From: Thermofilum pendens Hrk 5
GTDB lineage: Archaea; Thermoproteota; Thermoprotei; Thermofilales; Thermofilaceae
Direction: 5' to 3'
Length of the DNA: 32,000 bases
Assembly: GCF_000015225.1 (NCBI RefSeq)
Contig: NC_008698.1
Span: 270,001-302,000 of the forward strand
In this document: piece after piece, positions 1 through 9,984 of the stretch
How the letters are laid out: every line of letters begins with the position of its first letter
Numbering within the stretch: the stretch's first letter is position 1
Program-made: the position numbers and the translations under genes
Notes under the pieces: model-generated
What the model saw: the letters and a program-made list of their open reading frames with translations, nothing else
Databases searched by the model: none
Told to the model about the DNA's origin: nothing

Positions 1-2489
<2,489 letters not shown>

Positions 2490-2497
2490 TTATAAAT
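2490..2497 (-). promoter_or_regulatory. TATA-like box for cdc48
   Basis: The minus strand reads GATTTATAAGGG, centred about 35 nt upstream of ATG 2459. GGTGA lies 5 nt before the ATG as a possible SD. Confidence 0.45.
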
Positions 2498-2620
2498 CTA
2501 CGCGTAGAGGAGGAGGACGGGCACCGCCTTCCTTGAATCTTCACAACTTGTGCACGTTCGCAAGCTTTAAGGAACTTCGCCCGGCTCCTCTACGGCTTTC
2601 CCTCGGGTAAGCGTGCATAC

Positions 2621-2632
2621 AAAAATTAATAT
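2621..2632 (+). promoter_or_regulatory. TATA-like box for the FKBP gene
   Basis: AAAAATTAATAT lies about 30-40 nt upstream of GTG 2662 / ATG 2671, spacing consistent with a leaderless or near-leaderless mRNA. Confidence 0.4.
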
Positions 2633-2661
2633 CTCCCGCTTTACAGGGTGCACCTGGATCG

Positions 2662-3462
2662 GTGAACTGCATGGGATTGCAAAAGGGAGACTTCGTACTG
2701 GTAAACTACACGATAAGCGTGCTTGAAGAGTCGGGAGAAAGAGTGATCGACACAACAATCAAAGAAGAGGCCGAAAAGGCGGGCTTCAGAACAGAAAATG
2801 TAGCCTTCGAGCCGGAGCTTGTCGTCGTGGGTGAAGGGTTCCTGCTCAAACCCGTAGAGGAAAAGTTAGTCGAGATGAACGAGGGTGAGAAAAGGGAGAT
2901 AGTACTCGAACCTTCCCAGGCTTTCGGAGAGAGGGATCCCAAAAACATCCGCGTGATTCCGGCGCGTGAGCTATCGAGCAGGGGGATCATCCCCAGAGTC
3001 GGAGAGGAAATTGAGCTCGACGGCAAAAGAGGAAAGATAATTAAAATAGGAGCAGGAAGGGTCACGATCGACTTCAATCATCCCTTCGCAGGGAAGAAGG
3101 TTAAGGTTGTTCTCTCCCTAGAGAAGGTGCTGAAAAACGAGGAGGAGAAAATTAAAGTGCTCTTCCGTAGATGGTTCAGAGGGATACCCCAGGACAAAGT
3201 AAACGTGACCAAGGGAGACGGCGCAGTTAGGATAGAAGTTCCTCCATCGATATTCCTCTTCGAAAACTCCTTCAACCTACTGAGTGGGTTCGTAAGGGAC
3301 GTTGAGAAGTACTTCGGAGACATAGCTTCGATCGAGCTCGTAGAGAAGATACAGCTGGAGAGAGGAGAGAAAAAGGAGGGAGAGGCCGCCAGCGAGGCTA
3401 CGACCGCTTCAGGAGAAACCTCTTCGCAAGAAGCCAAAGCCGAGGAGAAGGCTGCTCAGTAG
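2662..3462 (+). CDS. Long-type archaeal FKBP peptidyl-prolyl cis-trans isomerase (FKBP fold with insert-in-flap plus C-terminal domain)
   Basis: 266 aa. Contains GDFVLVNYT...VVVGEGFLLKPVEEKLVEMNEGEKREI...AFGERDP...VTIDFNHPFAGKKV, which closely parallels archaeal FKBP/SlyD-like sequences (VTLDFNHELAGK block). Low-complexity E/A/S/T tail. The start may be ATG 2671. Confidence 0.9.
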   Translation: MNCMGLQKGDFVLVNYTISVLEESGERVIDTTIKEEAEKAGFRTENVAFEPELVVVGEGFLLKPVEEKLVEMNEGEKREIVLEPSQAFGERDPKNIRVIPARELSSRGIIPRVGEEIELDGKRGKIIKIGAGRVTIDFNHPFAGKKVKVVLSLEKVLKNEEEKIKVLFRRWFRGIPQDKVNVTKGDGAVRIEVPPSIFLFENSFNLLSGFVRDVEKYFGDIASIELVEKIQLERGEKKEGEAASEATTASGETSSQEAKAEEKAAQ

Positions 3463-3916
3463 CCTCTACTTCGCAGAGGAATAGCTGAGAATCAACCTTA
3501 GCCAACCGCCTGAGAACTTTCACTCTTTCGCCTTCTTCCACATATATTGGATCACACTCTACGCGGTACTTCCCTTTCACCTCCTCGCTACACTGCGGCT
3601 TCGAATACCTAACGGTAGCCCCTGGGAAGGCAAGGCGGGCGCTGAGTACAACGTTAAAGGGTTGTTCTTCGACTTCGACTACCCTCATCTTCTCTGCAAG
3701 CGCCGGGCACTGGTTGAAGTGGTTCCTCAGCGCCACAACCTTATACCTAACGAGCGGTCTAAGTGCGCCTATGCAGGCATTGAAATACTCACAGTCAATG
3801 CACTTCGACGAGAGAACGGGCTGAAAGGTTGCTCCTGGGTATGCAAAAGGCTCTGTAACCATGGAGATCGTTCTTCTACCCATGAGCAAGACACCAGAAA
3901 GCATAGAGATTGCCAT
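3398..3916 (-). CDS. UPF0179-family conserved archaeal protein (Cys-containing, unknown function)
   Basis: The pattern G-ATF...CIDCEYFNAC...L...YKVVALR....CP....MRVVEVE...VVLSARLAFPGATVRY..PQC......C.P...EEGERVKV matches my recollection of UPF0179 proteins such as M. jannaschii MJ1627. Start is uncertain (ATG at 3916, 3904, 3883 or 3862). The 3' end overlaps the FKBP 3' end by 65 nt. Confidence 0.75.
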   Translation of the reverse strand: MAISMLSGVLLMGRRTISMVTEPFAYPGATFQPVLSSKCIDCEYFNACIGALRPLVRYKVVALRNHFNQCPALAEKMRVVEVEEQPFNVVLSARLAFPGATVRYSKPQCSEEVKGKYRVECDPIYVEEGERVKVLRRLAKVDSQLFLCEVEATEQPSPRLWLLAKRFLLKRS

Positions 3917-3955
3917 GCATAAAGCTTTTAGCGTGCTCTTTTCCTTTCGAGCACG

Positions 3956-3970
3956 TATAAATATTTAAGG
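3956..3970. promoter_or_regulatory. AT-rich double TATA element in the divergent UPF0179 / psmB intergenic region
   Basis: TATAAATATTTAAGG. The TTTAAG part lies 30-35 nt upstream of psmB ATG 3999. The reverse-strand reading is positioned for the minus-strand gene. Confidence 0.5.
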
Positions 3971-3998
3971 CTCGTGAAACGAATTGTGCTGAGGCTTC

Positions 3999-4601
3999 AT
4001 GAGCGCGGATTTGCGGGATAAAGTATTGAAGGGTACAACGACTGTTGGACTCGTAGGTAAGGACTTCGTGGTGCTGGCGGCAGATAGGAGGGCGACCGCG
4101 GGGTATTTCATAGCAAACAAGCAAACGTGGAAAATTGTAGAGATAGACTCCCATATAGCCGCTACAATCGCTGGAACTGTTGGAGACGCCCAGCAGCTCG
4201 TCGACAGGTTGAGGGTAGAAGCTCGATACTACAAAACAATCACGGGAGACAGTATGCCCGTGAAAAGCGTTGCGACGCTGGCTTCCCTAATACTTTTCCA
4301 ATACAGGCCCATACTATCCGTTCAAATGCTGATTGGCGGTGTAGACTCAGACGGCCCATCACTCTTCTCGGTGGACTGGCTCGGCACGGTAACACGGGAG
4401 AAGTACACGGCCACGGGGTCTGGGTCGCCCTATGCGGTCTCGCTACTTGAGCACGAGTACAGAGAAGACCTCTCACTAGAAGAGGCCGTCAACCTTGCAG
4501 TAAAAGCTGTAAACATAGCTTTAGCCCGCGACCCAGGAAGCGGAGAAGGAGTGGACATTGCGACAATAACAAAGGAAGGAATAAGAATGAAGAGAGTTTA
4601 A
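3999..4601 (+). CDS. psmB: 20S proteasome beta subunit (Ntn hydrolase with propeptide)
   Basis: 200 aa. The propeptide [12 protein letters not shown] is followed by the catalytic [21 protein letters not shown]. The GSGS/GxG block ...[10 protein letters not shown] is typical of active beta subunits. Confidence 0.93.
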
Positions 4602-4721
4602 ACCCCACGCATACACTCGTTAGTTTGTTAAAAAAAATAGATTAGACGGGTTTCTACACCCCGGTGCGAGTCCAGGACTTCCCAGTTTCCACGTTGAAAG
4701 CTGGACGTAAAACTAAGGACG

Positions 4722-4994
4722 ATGAAAGTTGTAGTCAAAGTTCGCGAGGAGCAAGTCGACCTAGATGTGGATGTCGACGAGCCGGAATATCTCCTTGATG
4801 CATCAGACAAGGCTTTGAGGGGTCTTTCGAGAGCAGTTATCGAGCTAGCGATAACTAGGGACCTCGCAGTGCTGATAGATGCGGTGAGGAGAGTCGCAGC
4901 CGAAGTCTCGGCAAGCAAGATCGAGTGTAAATTCGTCGAGCAGGCTAGCCCTGACCTTGACTACGAGCTGGAGTTAGAGTGCACATTAGAGTAG
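4722..4994 (+). CDS. Hypothetical acidic 90-aa protein
   Basis: ATG-initiated ORF filling the psmB-aCPSF1 gap. Very acidic (DLDVDVDEPEY, DLDYELELE) and I recognise no motif. The overlapping antisense ORF 4628-4918 has an S/T/R-rich off-frame-like composition. Confidence 0.45.
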   Translation: MKVVVKVREEQVDLDVDVDEPEYLLDASDKALRGLSRAVIELAITRDLAVLIDAVRRVAAEVSASKIECKFVEQASPDLDYELELECTLE

Positions 4995-5047
4995 ACTTTC
5001 TTCCCGCAAGCTACGTCCCACGAAGCTAGGCAGGCGTGCGTCGCTAA

Positions 5048-5057
5048 GTATTTAAGG
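5048..5057 (+). promoter_or_regulatory. TATA-like box for aCPSF1
   Basis: GTATTTAAGG lies about 45-50 nt upstream of TTG 5102. GGTGGG at 5091-5096 is an SD-like element 6-11 nt before the start. An in-frame stop at 5066-5068 limits any N-terminal extension. Confidence 0.45.
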
Positions 5058-5101
5058 CTGTATCATGATTTCTTTCTGCGATTTTCACAAGGTGGGTATT
5101 C

Positions 5102-7021
5102 TTGGAGGCTATTATCGCCGTAGCGAGAGAGATCAGAGAGACGATAGCGAGCAACGTCCCAAAAGAAGCGGAAATAACGAAGGTAGACTTCGAGGGACCC
5201 AAAGTCGCTATCTACACCAAGAGACCGCAGGTCTTCTTGGAGAACGACGGAGAGCTCGTTAAGAGAATAGCGAAAACGATAAAGAAGAGGGTCATAGTGC
5301 GCGGGGATCCTGAGAGCAGATTGAACGAAGGTAGCGCCGAAGAATTCATAAAAAAAGCTGTCCCCCCGGAGGCTGGTTTAAAGAACGTCTACTTTAACGA
5401 TGTTACCGGCGAGGTTGAGCTGGAGGTCTTATACCCGGAGAAAATACCCCCCGAAGTTCTGAACAGGGTTTTCTTCGAGACTCTCTGGACGCCCAGAGTG
5501 TTGAGAAAGCCCCCCGTTCACTCTAGGACTGTAAGCGAGATAAGGGAGCTGTACAGGGCGTCAAAGCAGGAGAGAATAGATTTCCTGAGAAAGCTTGGAT
5601 ACAAGGTTTACCGCAAGCCTATCTTCCCGGCAGACAGGGTAAGAATAGTTTCGCTGGGCGCCTTCCACGAGGTCGGTAGAAGCGCCGTGCTAGTACAGAC
5701 ACCCGAGGCAAACATTCTGCTCGACGCCGGATTAAAGCCTACCGGCAACGGCGACGAACTACCCTTATTCGATTTACCGGAATTCGACCTGGAAAGCCTG
5801 GACGCAGTCGTAATTACGCATGCACACCTAGACCACGTTGGAGCCCTACCTGTTCTCTTCAAGTACGGGTACAAGGGACCCGTCTACATGACCGAACCTA
5901 CGCTTCACTTGTCAAAGCTACTGTTCGAGGACTACATAAAGGTGGCTCAGAGAGAGGGAAAGAACGAGCTTTACTCAATGCGGGATGTTAACTCGCTACT
6001 CCTCAACACGTATACGCTGTCCTACGGAGAGGTAACAGACATCGCGCCCGAGATAAGGCTCACCTTTTACCGTGCGGGGCACATACTCGGGTCGGCCATG
6101 GTCCACCTACACATAGGTGAAGGGCTCATCAACATCGTCTACACAGGGGACATGAAGTACGCTAGGACAATGCTACTGGACCCGGCCTACAACAAGTTTC
6201 CGAGGGCCGAGGTACTTATAATAGAATCTACGTACGGCTCTAAATCTGACGTATTGCCGAGTGAAGACGACGCTAAGCTAGAACTTGCAAAGATAGTGCT
6301 GGAGACCATAGAGAGAAAAGGGGTCGTCCTCATACCGGTCCTGGCCGTTGGGCGCGCCCAGGAGGTGCTGCTGGCGCTCTTAGACCTCATGAAAAAAGGC
6401 GCGGTGCCGCGCGTGCCTATATTCATTGAAGGGATGATAGACGAGGTCTCAGCCGTACACATGACGTTCCCGGAGTACCTCTCGGCCACTATAAGAGAAA
6501 TGATATACAGAGACGAGAACCCGTTTACCTCCGAGAACATCCACGTTATACGCGGGGAGGCCAGAGAGGACATCACAGAGAAAAAGCCCTCAATCATCCT
6601 GGCGACCTCAGGGATGCTTACAGGAGGGCCGGTACTGGACTACCTCAGGATCCTGGCGGATGACGAGAACAGTAGCCTAGTCTTCGTGAGCTACCAAGTG
6701 GAAGGGACTCTGGGAAGGAAGATACTCCAAGGGCTTAGAAAGCTAAGCTTCACAGACCCCTCCGGTAAAGTCATAAACAAGGACTTAAAGATGAGGGTAT
6801 ACAGGGTAGAGGGCTTCTCAGGACACAGCGATAGAAGGCAACTCGAGGCGTTCATAAGGAGAATGGAGCCTAGCCCTCGAACCGTGATCCTTAACCATGG
6901 AGAAGCTGGTAAAATAGAAGAGTTTAGAAGGTATCTCTCAAGCGAATGGTTCAAGAAGAAGACAGGGCTTAACCTCGACGTGCTAACGCCGAAGAACGCC
7001 GAGAGCATAAGAATAGTGTAG
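5102..7021 (+). CDS. aCPSF1: archaeal CPSF73-like beta-CASP metallo-beta-lactamase ribonuclease with N-terminal KH domains (transcription termination/RNA 3' processing factor)
   Basis: 639 aa. The N-terminal KH-like segment is EAEITKVDFEGPKVAIYTKRP. MBL motif 2 is VVITHAHLDHVGALP. The beta-CASP region and C-terminal ...GFSGHSDRRQL...ILNHGE motifs are present. Apparent TTG start. Confidence 0.93.
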   Translation: MEAIIAVAREIRETIASNVPKEAEITKVDFEGPKVAIYTKRPQVFLENDGELVKRIAKTIKKRVIVRGDPESRLNEGSAEEFIKKAVPPEAGLKNVYFNDVTGEVELEVLYPEKIPPEVLNRVFFETLWTPRVLRKPPVHSRTVSEIRELYRASKQERIDFLRKLGYKVYRKPIFPADRVRIVSLGAFHEVGRSAVLVQTPEANILLDAGLKPTGNGDELPLFDLPEFDLESLDAVVITHAHLDHVGALPVLFKYGYKGPVYMTEPTLHLSKLLFEDYIKVAQREGKNELYSMRDVNSLLLNTYTLSYGEVTDIAPEIRLTFYRAGHILGSAMVHLHIGEGLINIVYTGDMKYARTMLLDPAYNKFPRAEVLIIESTYGSKSDVLPSEDDAKLELAKIVLETIERKGVVLIPVLAVGRAQEVLLALLDLMKKGAVPRVPIFIEGMIDEVSAVHMTFPEYLSATIREMIYRDENPFTSENIHVIRGEAREDITEKKPSIILATSGMLTGGPVLDYLRILADDENSSLVFVSYQVEGTLGRKILQGLRKLSFTDPSGKVINKDLKMRVYRVEGFSGHSDRRQLEAFIRRMEPSPRTVILNHGEAGKIEEFRRYLSSEWFKKKTGLNLDVLTPKNAESIRIV

Positions 7022-7039
7022 CAAGCGTCACGTGAGCCA

Positions 7040-7612
7040 TTAAGACTTTGTCGAAAGTTCCCATAGCTCGTCTCCCAAGTAGTGGATGTTTCTAACAGCC
7101 TTCCCTTTCTGCGCACCTCTAATCTCATCAGAACCCATAATGGCAATGCCCAACGCTATTACGCGGTTCTTCTCTATTTCCCTAACGAGAACCCTGTCTC
7201 CAGGCTTGAATTCGCCGTCGATCTTTTTAATCCCTGGAACCATCACATCTGCGCCGTTAAGGATCCTAGGCACGGCCCCAGAGTCCACGTAGACGTTCGG
7301 AAAAACAGGGTAAACGCTGTTCTTGTAGATGAAGAACAGCGTCGGGACGAGCCCCGCGCTCCTCGTTTTCACGACTGTTAAAACTCCGTCGACGTAGTAC
7401 ATCTCTTCTATTTCCTCGTGCTTGACAGAGGCTACCTCGATTCTCGAAGCCTTCTCGAAGTAGGTGGCGAATACTTCCCCGAGAGAGCTCTTCACATCTT
7501 CCTCTACTTTCTTCCTGTCCTTCTTACTCAGAAGGTACCTCGAAGTTATCTTCAACGCTTGCCCCGACTTGCTCGTAGCTACCACCCTCCACCGTGTAAT
7601 AGGTAACCACAC
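7040..7612 (-). CDS. PUA-domain RNA-binding protein (MCT-1/Tma20-like pre-PUA plus PUA architecture)
   Basis: The C-terminal PUA block is VDSGAVPRILNGADVMVPGIKKIDGEFKPGDRVLVREIEKNRVIALGIAIMGSDEI. The N-terminal RYLLSKKDRKKVEEDV is typical of pre-PUA. The true start is probably internal: a TTG at 7555 reduces the overlap with the upstream gene from 89 to 32 nt. Confidence 0.8.
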   Translation of the reverse strand: MWLPITRWRVVATSKSGQALKITSRYLLSKKDRKKVEEDVKSSLGEVFATYFEKASRIEVASVKHEEIEEMYYVDGVLTVVKTRSAGLVPTLFFIYKNSVYPVFPNVYVDSGAVPRILNGADVMVPGIKKIDGEFKPGDRVLVREIEKNRVIALGIAIMGSDEIRGAQKGKAVRNIHYLGDELWELSTKS

Positions 7613-8105
7613 CCTCCTTATCTACAATGGCGATCACCAACTCCCTATCGCTCTCTAAAGCCCTGCGAAACATGTCCTCGAACTCCGGGAAGCTCACACG
7701 AGTCCCCTCCCTAAGGATCCTCACTAGGAGCCTCCTCGGCTTCCCCTTCTTCTTCCAATCCACCAGGAACTCGTAGGGGTTTACTCCCGGCTTCGCTGGG
7801 AGAGCCCTGTTTCTCAAATCCGTGTAGACGTTCAGCTTAACCCAGAAGTCCGGGTCAAAATTCGACGCCAGCCTAACGATCTCTGGAAACGATAAAGTCC
7901 TTCCTTGGTCGTCTTTAACCTTCAACATCTCGCGGTAAACGAGGTACGCTGCCTCTACTAGTGTAAGCTCTAAGATCTCCCCGCTTAGCATACCGTAGCC
8001 ACGCTGGTACAGTTGCTCCGCGAACTCTTTGTCGAGCACCCTGACGATCCTCCCGTCGAACACCCCCTCCCCGCTAATCTTCGCGACCTCCTGACCCTTC
8101 TCCAC
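7524..8105 (-). CDS. endA: tRNA-splicing endonuclease family protein, apparently the non-catalytic (structural/beta) subunit type
   Basis: 193 aa. EndA-like blocks are LTLVEAAYLVYREML, VYTDLRNRALPAKPG and ELVIAIVDKEGVVTYYTVE. At the positions where catalytic subunits carry Tyr/His/Lys I read W (EFLVDW), no His (RRLLVRIL) and R (SDRELV). GTG start with a TATA-like CTTATTAT about 30 nt upstream. Confidence 0.72.
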   Translation of the reverse strand: MEKGQEVAKISGEGVFDGRIVRVLDKEFAEQLYQRGYGMLSGEILELTLVEAAYLVYREMLKVKDDQGRTLSFPEIVRLASNFDPDFWVKLNVYTDLRNRALPAKPGVNPYEFLVDWKKKGKPRRLLVRILREGTRVSFPEFEDMFRRALESDRELVIAIVDKEGVVTYYTVEGGSYEQVGASVEDNFEVPSE

Positions 8106-8270
8106 AAAGAACTGTGACGCCGCACCTAGATAATAAGCTTATGTAACGCGGGTACGCGGCGAAGTTTAGACATCCGAGCAGGCATGCAGAGCGCGAGGTA
8201 GGGTTCACCTTTAAGTAGAAACGAGAACCTCTAGGCAGAAAAGTTAAGAACACACATGCATTGGTGATTT

Positions 8271-8819
8271 GTGGACAAAGATTTAGGCTCCTCGATAGCG
8301 GAGCACAAGCGTAAGGCATTGAGGGATCTTCGCTACGCGTTTGTAACCGTGAGTACTTCTCGCTTCGACGCTGAGCTCCGCGGAGAAAGGATACCAGACG
8401 TTTCGGTAGAGGTTGCGAGAGAGCTTATAGAGAGGCACGGCGATAAGCTTGTATCCTACATCCTCGTACCGGACAATCCGAGACTTATACTTGAGGCGCT
8501 GGTTAACCTCCTGGAGCGGAACGATGTAGACGTGGTAGTGTTCAGCGGTGGCACGGGACCCGCACCTTCAGACGTAACGGTTGAAACCGTAGAGCCGCTC
8601 TTGGAAAAGCGGCTCGCCGGGTTCGGCGACGTGTTCCGAGGCTTAAGCTACCAGGAAGTGGGCTCCTCGGCCTTCCTATCGAACGCTATTGCCGGCGTGG
8701 TGCACGGGAAACTCGTGTTCCTGTTGCCCGGTTCTCCGGACGCTGTGAGGGAGGCTTTCGAGAAACTTATTTTACCCGAGTCTGGACATGTACTTTCGAT
8801 AGCTAGGGGTCATAGATGA
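8271..8819 (+). CDS. moaB: Molybdenum cofactor biosynthesis protein B (MoaB/MogA family)
   Basis: 182 aa. Contains FVTVSTSR...VVVFSGGTGPAPSDVTVE...FLLPGSPDAV, the MoaB/Mog signature blocks. GTG start. The stop overlaps the moaC start (ATGA, 8816-8819). Confidence 0.85.
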   Translation: MDKDLGSSIAEHKRKALRDLRYAFVTVSTSRFDAELRGERIPDVSVEVARELIERHGDKLVSYILVPDNPRLILEALVNLLERNDVDVVVFSGGTGPAPSDVTVETVEPLLEKRLAGFGDVFRGLSYQEVGSSAFLSNAIAGVVHGKLVFLLPGSPDAVREAFEKLILPESGHVLSIARGHR

Positions 8820-9268
8820 TGAGCGTAAACGTGAGGATGGTCGATATCACCGGGAAGGCTGAGTCGGAAAGGTTAGCCGTCGCGGAGGGGAAAATCAGGC
8901 TGAGAAGAGAAACTATTGAGAAGATCAGGCGTGGCGAGGTGCCGAAAGGGGACGTACTGGCAGTAGCAAAGACTGCCGCTATAATGGCGGTTAAAAAAAC
9001 CTGGGAAATTATACCCCTGTGCCACCCTATACCGATTACGTTCGTAGACGTGAACTTTGACGTCATGGAGGAGGAATTGAGGGTGAGGGTCGAAGTAAAG
9101 ACTACCGCGAAGACGGGCGTCGAGATGGAGGCTTTAACGGGTGCAAGCGTAGCTCTCCTGACAGTGTGGGACATGGTAAAGTCTCTCGAAAAAGACCAAG
9201 AAGGACAGTACCCCTACACGGAAATTAATTCGATACGAGTTGTCGAGAAGGTCAAGCGTCAGCTCTAG
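8816..9268 (+). CDS. moaC: Cyclic pyranopterin monophosphate synthase accessory protein MoaC
   Basis: 150 aa. Contains MVDITGK..ERLAVAEG.I...........GDVLAVAKTAAIMAVKKTWEIIPLCHPIPI...VEMEALTGASVALLTVWDMVK, a canonical MoaC. Confidence 0.93.
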   Translation: MMSVNVRMVDITGKAESERLAVAEGKIRLRRETIEKIRRGEVPKGDVLAVAKTAAIMAVKKTWEIIPLCHPIPITFVDVNFDVMEEELRVRVEVKTTAKTGVEMEALTGASVALLTVWDMVKSLEKDQEGQYPYTEINSIRVVEKVKRQL

Positions 9269-9716
9269 GTCTCCTTGGGACTCTCTTCCTATCGCCGATA
9301 ATCCAGTACTCCCCGTCTTCCCGTTTTTCGAGCTTCCAAACGTAAGCCTCATGCTTTACCCTTTCAAGCGTAGAGCGTAGCCCGCTTACAGCCTCTTCTC
9401 TGGACTTCGAAGCAACAGCTATGAAAAGCACAGGTTCCCCGGGCACGGCAACCCCTTTCTTGTGATGGATAGACACGGCTAACAAGTTGTTTTTTTCGAG
9501 CTCTTCCCTGGCTATCCTCTCCAAGCTCTGACTCGAAGAAGGCTCCACCACCTCGTACATTAAGCTCTCTACCCTGCGACCCTCAATTCTGCCCTTGACT
9601 CTCCCTATAAATACTGCCACCGCGCCCACCTCCTCTGGTAGAGAGTCCAGGAAGTCGGCGAGAAGCGCACCTGGATTCAAACTTTCAGAGAAAGCTACAT
9701 TTACGGTTCTCGGCAA
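9252..9716 (-). CDS. moaE: Molybdopterin synthase catalytic subunit MoaE
   Basis: 154 aa. Contains GAVAVFIGRVKG...VESLMYEV...SIHHKKGVAVPGEPVLFIAVASKSREEA...LERVKHEAYVWKLE, matching MoaE blocks. The 3' end overlaps the moaC 3' end by 17 nt (convergent). Confidence 0.88.
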   Translation of the reverse strand: MPRTVNVAFSESLNPGALLADFLDSLPEEVGAVAVFIGRVKGRIEGRRVESLMYEVVEPSSSQSLERIAREELEKNNLLAVSIHHKKGVAVPGEPVLFIAVASKSREEAVSGLRSTLERVKHEAYVWKLEKREDGEYWIIGDRKRVPRRPRADA

Positions 9717-9718
9717 GG

Positions 9719-9970
9719 CTACCCACCCGATACTGGCGGTGCTATTACTACCTGGCTCCCATCTGAAAGCTTTTCCTTCAAACCGCTCCTCCTGCCATTG
9801 ACGAGCACAAGCATCTCCTCCTCGCCTGAAAGCATCGGGACACCGTACTTTTCCTCGAGGATCCTCAAGAGATCCTCCAGGGTCGGTTCTTCCGCGTCCA
9901 GTTCAATCTCCTCCTGCTCCTTCCCAGTCTTATCCTTCATCAGCGAGACGTACCTCACCTGGAGCTTCAT
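9719..9970 (-). CDS. moaD: MoaD/ThiS-type ubiquitin-fold sulfur carrier (C-terminal Gly-Gly)
   Basis: 83 aa ending ...VVIAPPVSGG. Lies immediately upstream of moaE on the same strand (2-nt gap). Length is typical of the beta-grasp fold. Confidence 0.8.
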   Translation of the reverse strand: MKLQVRYVSLMKDKTGKEQEEIELDAEEPTLEDLLRILEEKYGVPMLSGEEEMLVLVNGRRSGLKEKLSDGSQVVIAPPVSGG

Positions 9971-9984
9971 CTCTCTAAGCCACC

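Noticed and set aside
4602-4721. 120-bp gap after psmB containing ggtgcgagtccagg, which superficially resembles a tRNA T-arm.
   Set aside because: The flanking bases do not form a 5-bp T-stem, and no acceptor or anticodon stems can be drawn. It is more likely a terminator/promoter spacer (A8 run, AT-rich box at 4628-4644).
8074-8319. 81-aa minus-strand ORF spanning the endA-moaB intergenic region.
   Set aside because: It overlaps both flanking gene starts and the two TATA-like boxes. It has a Cys/Leu/Arg/Pro-rich odd composition with no start context, and is most likely a non-coding divergent promoter region.
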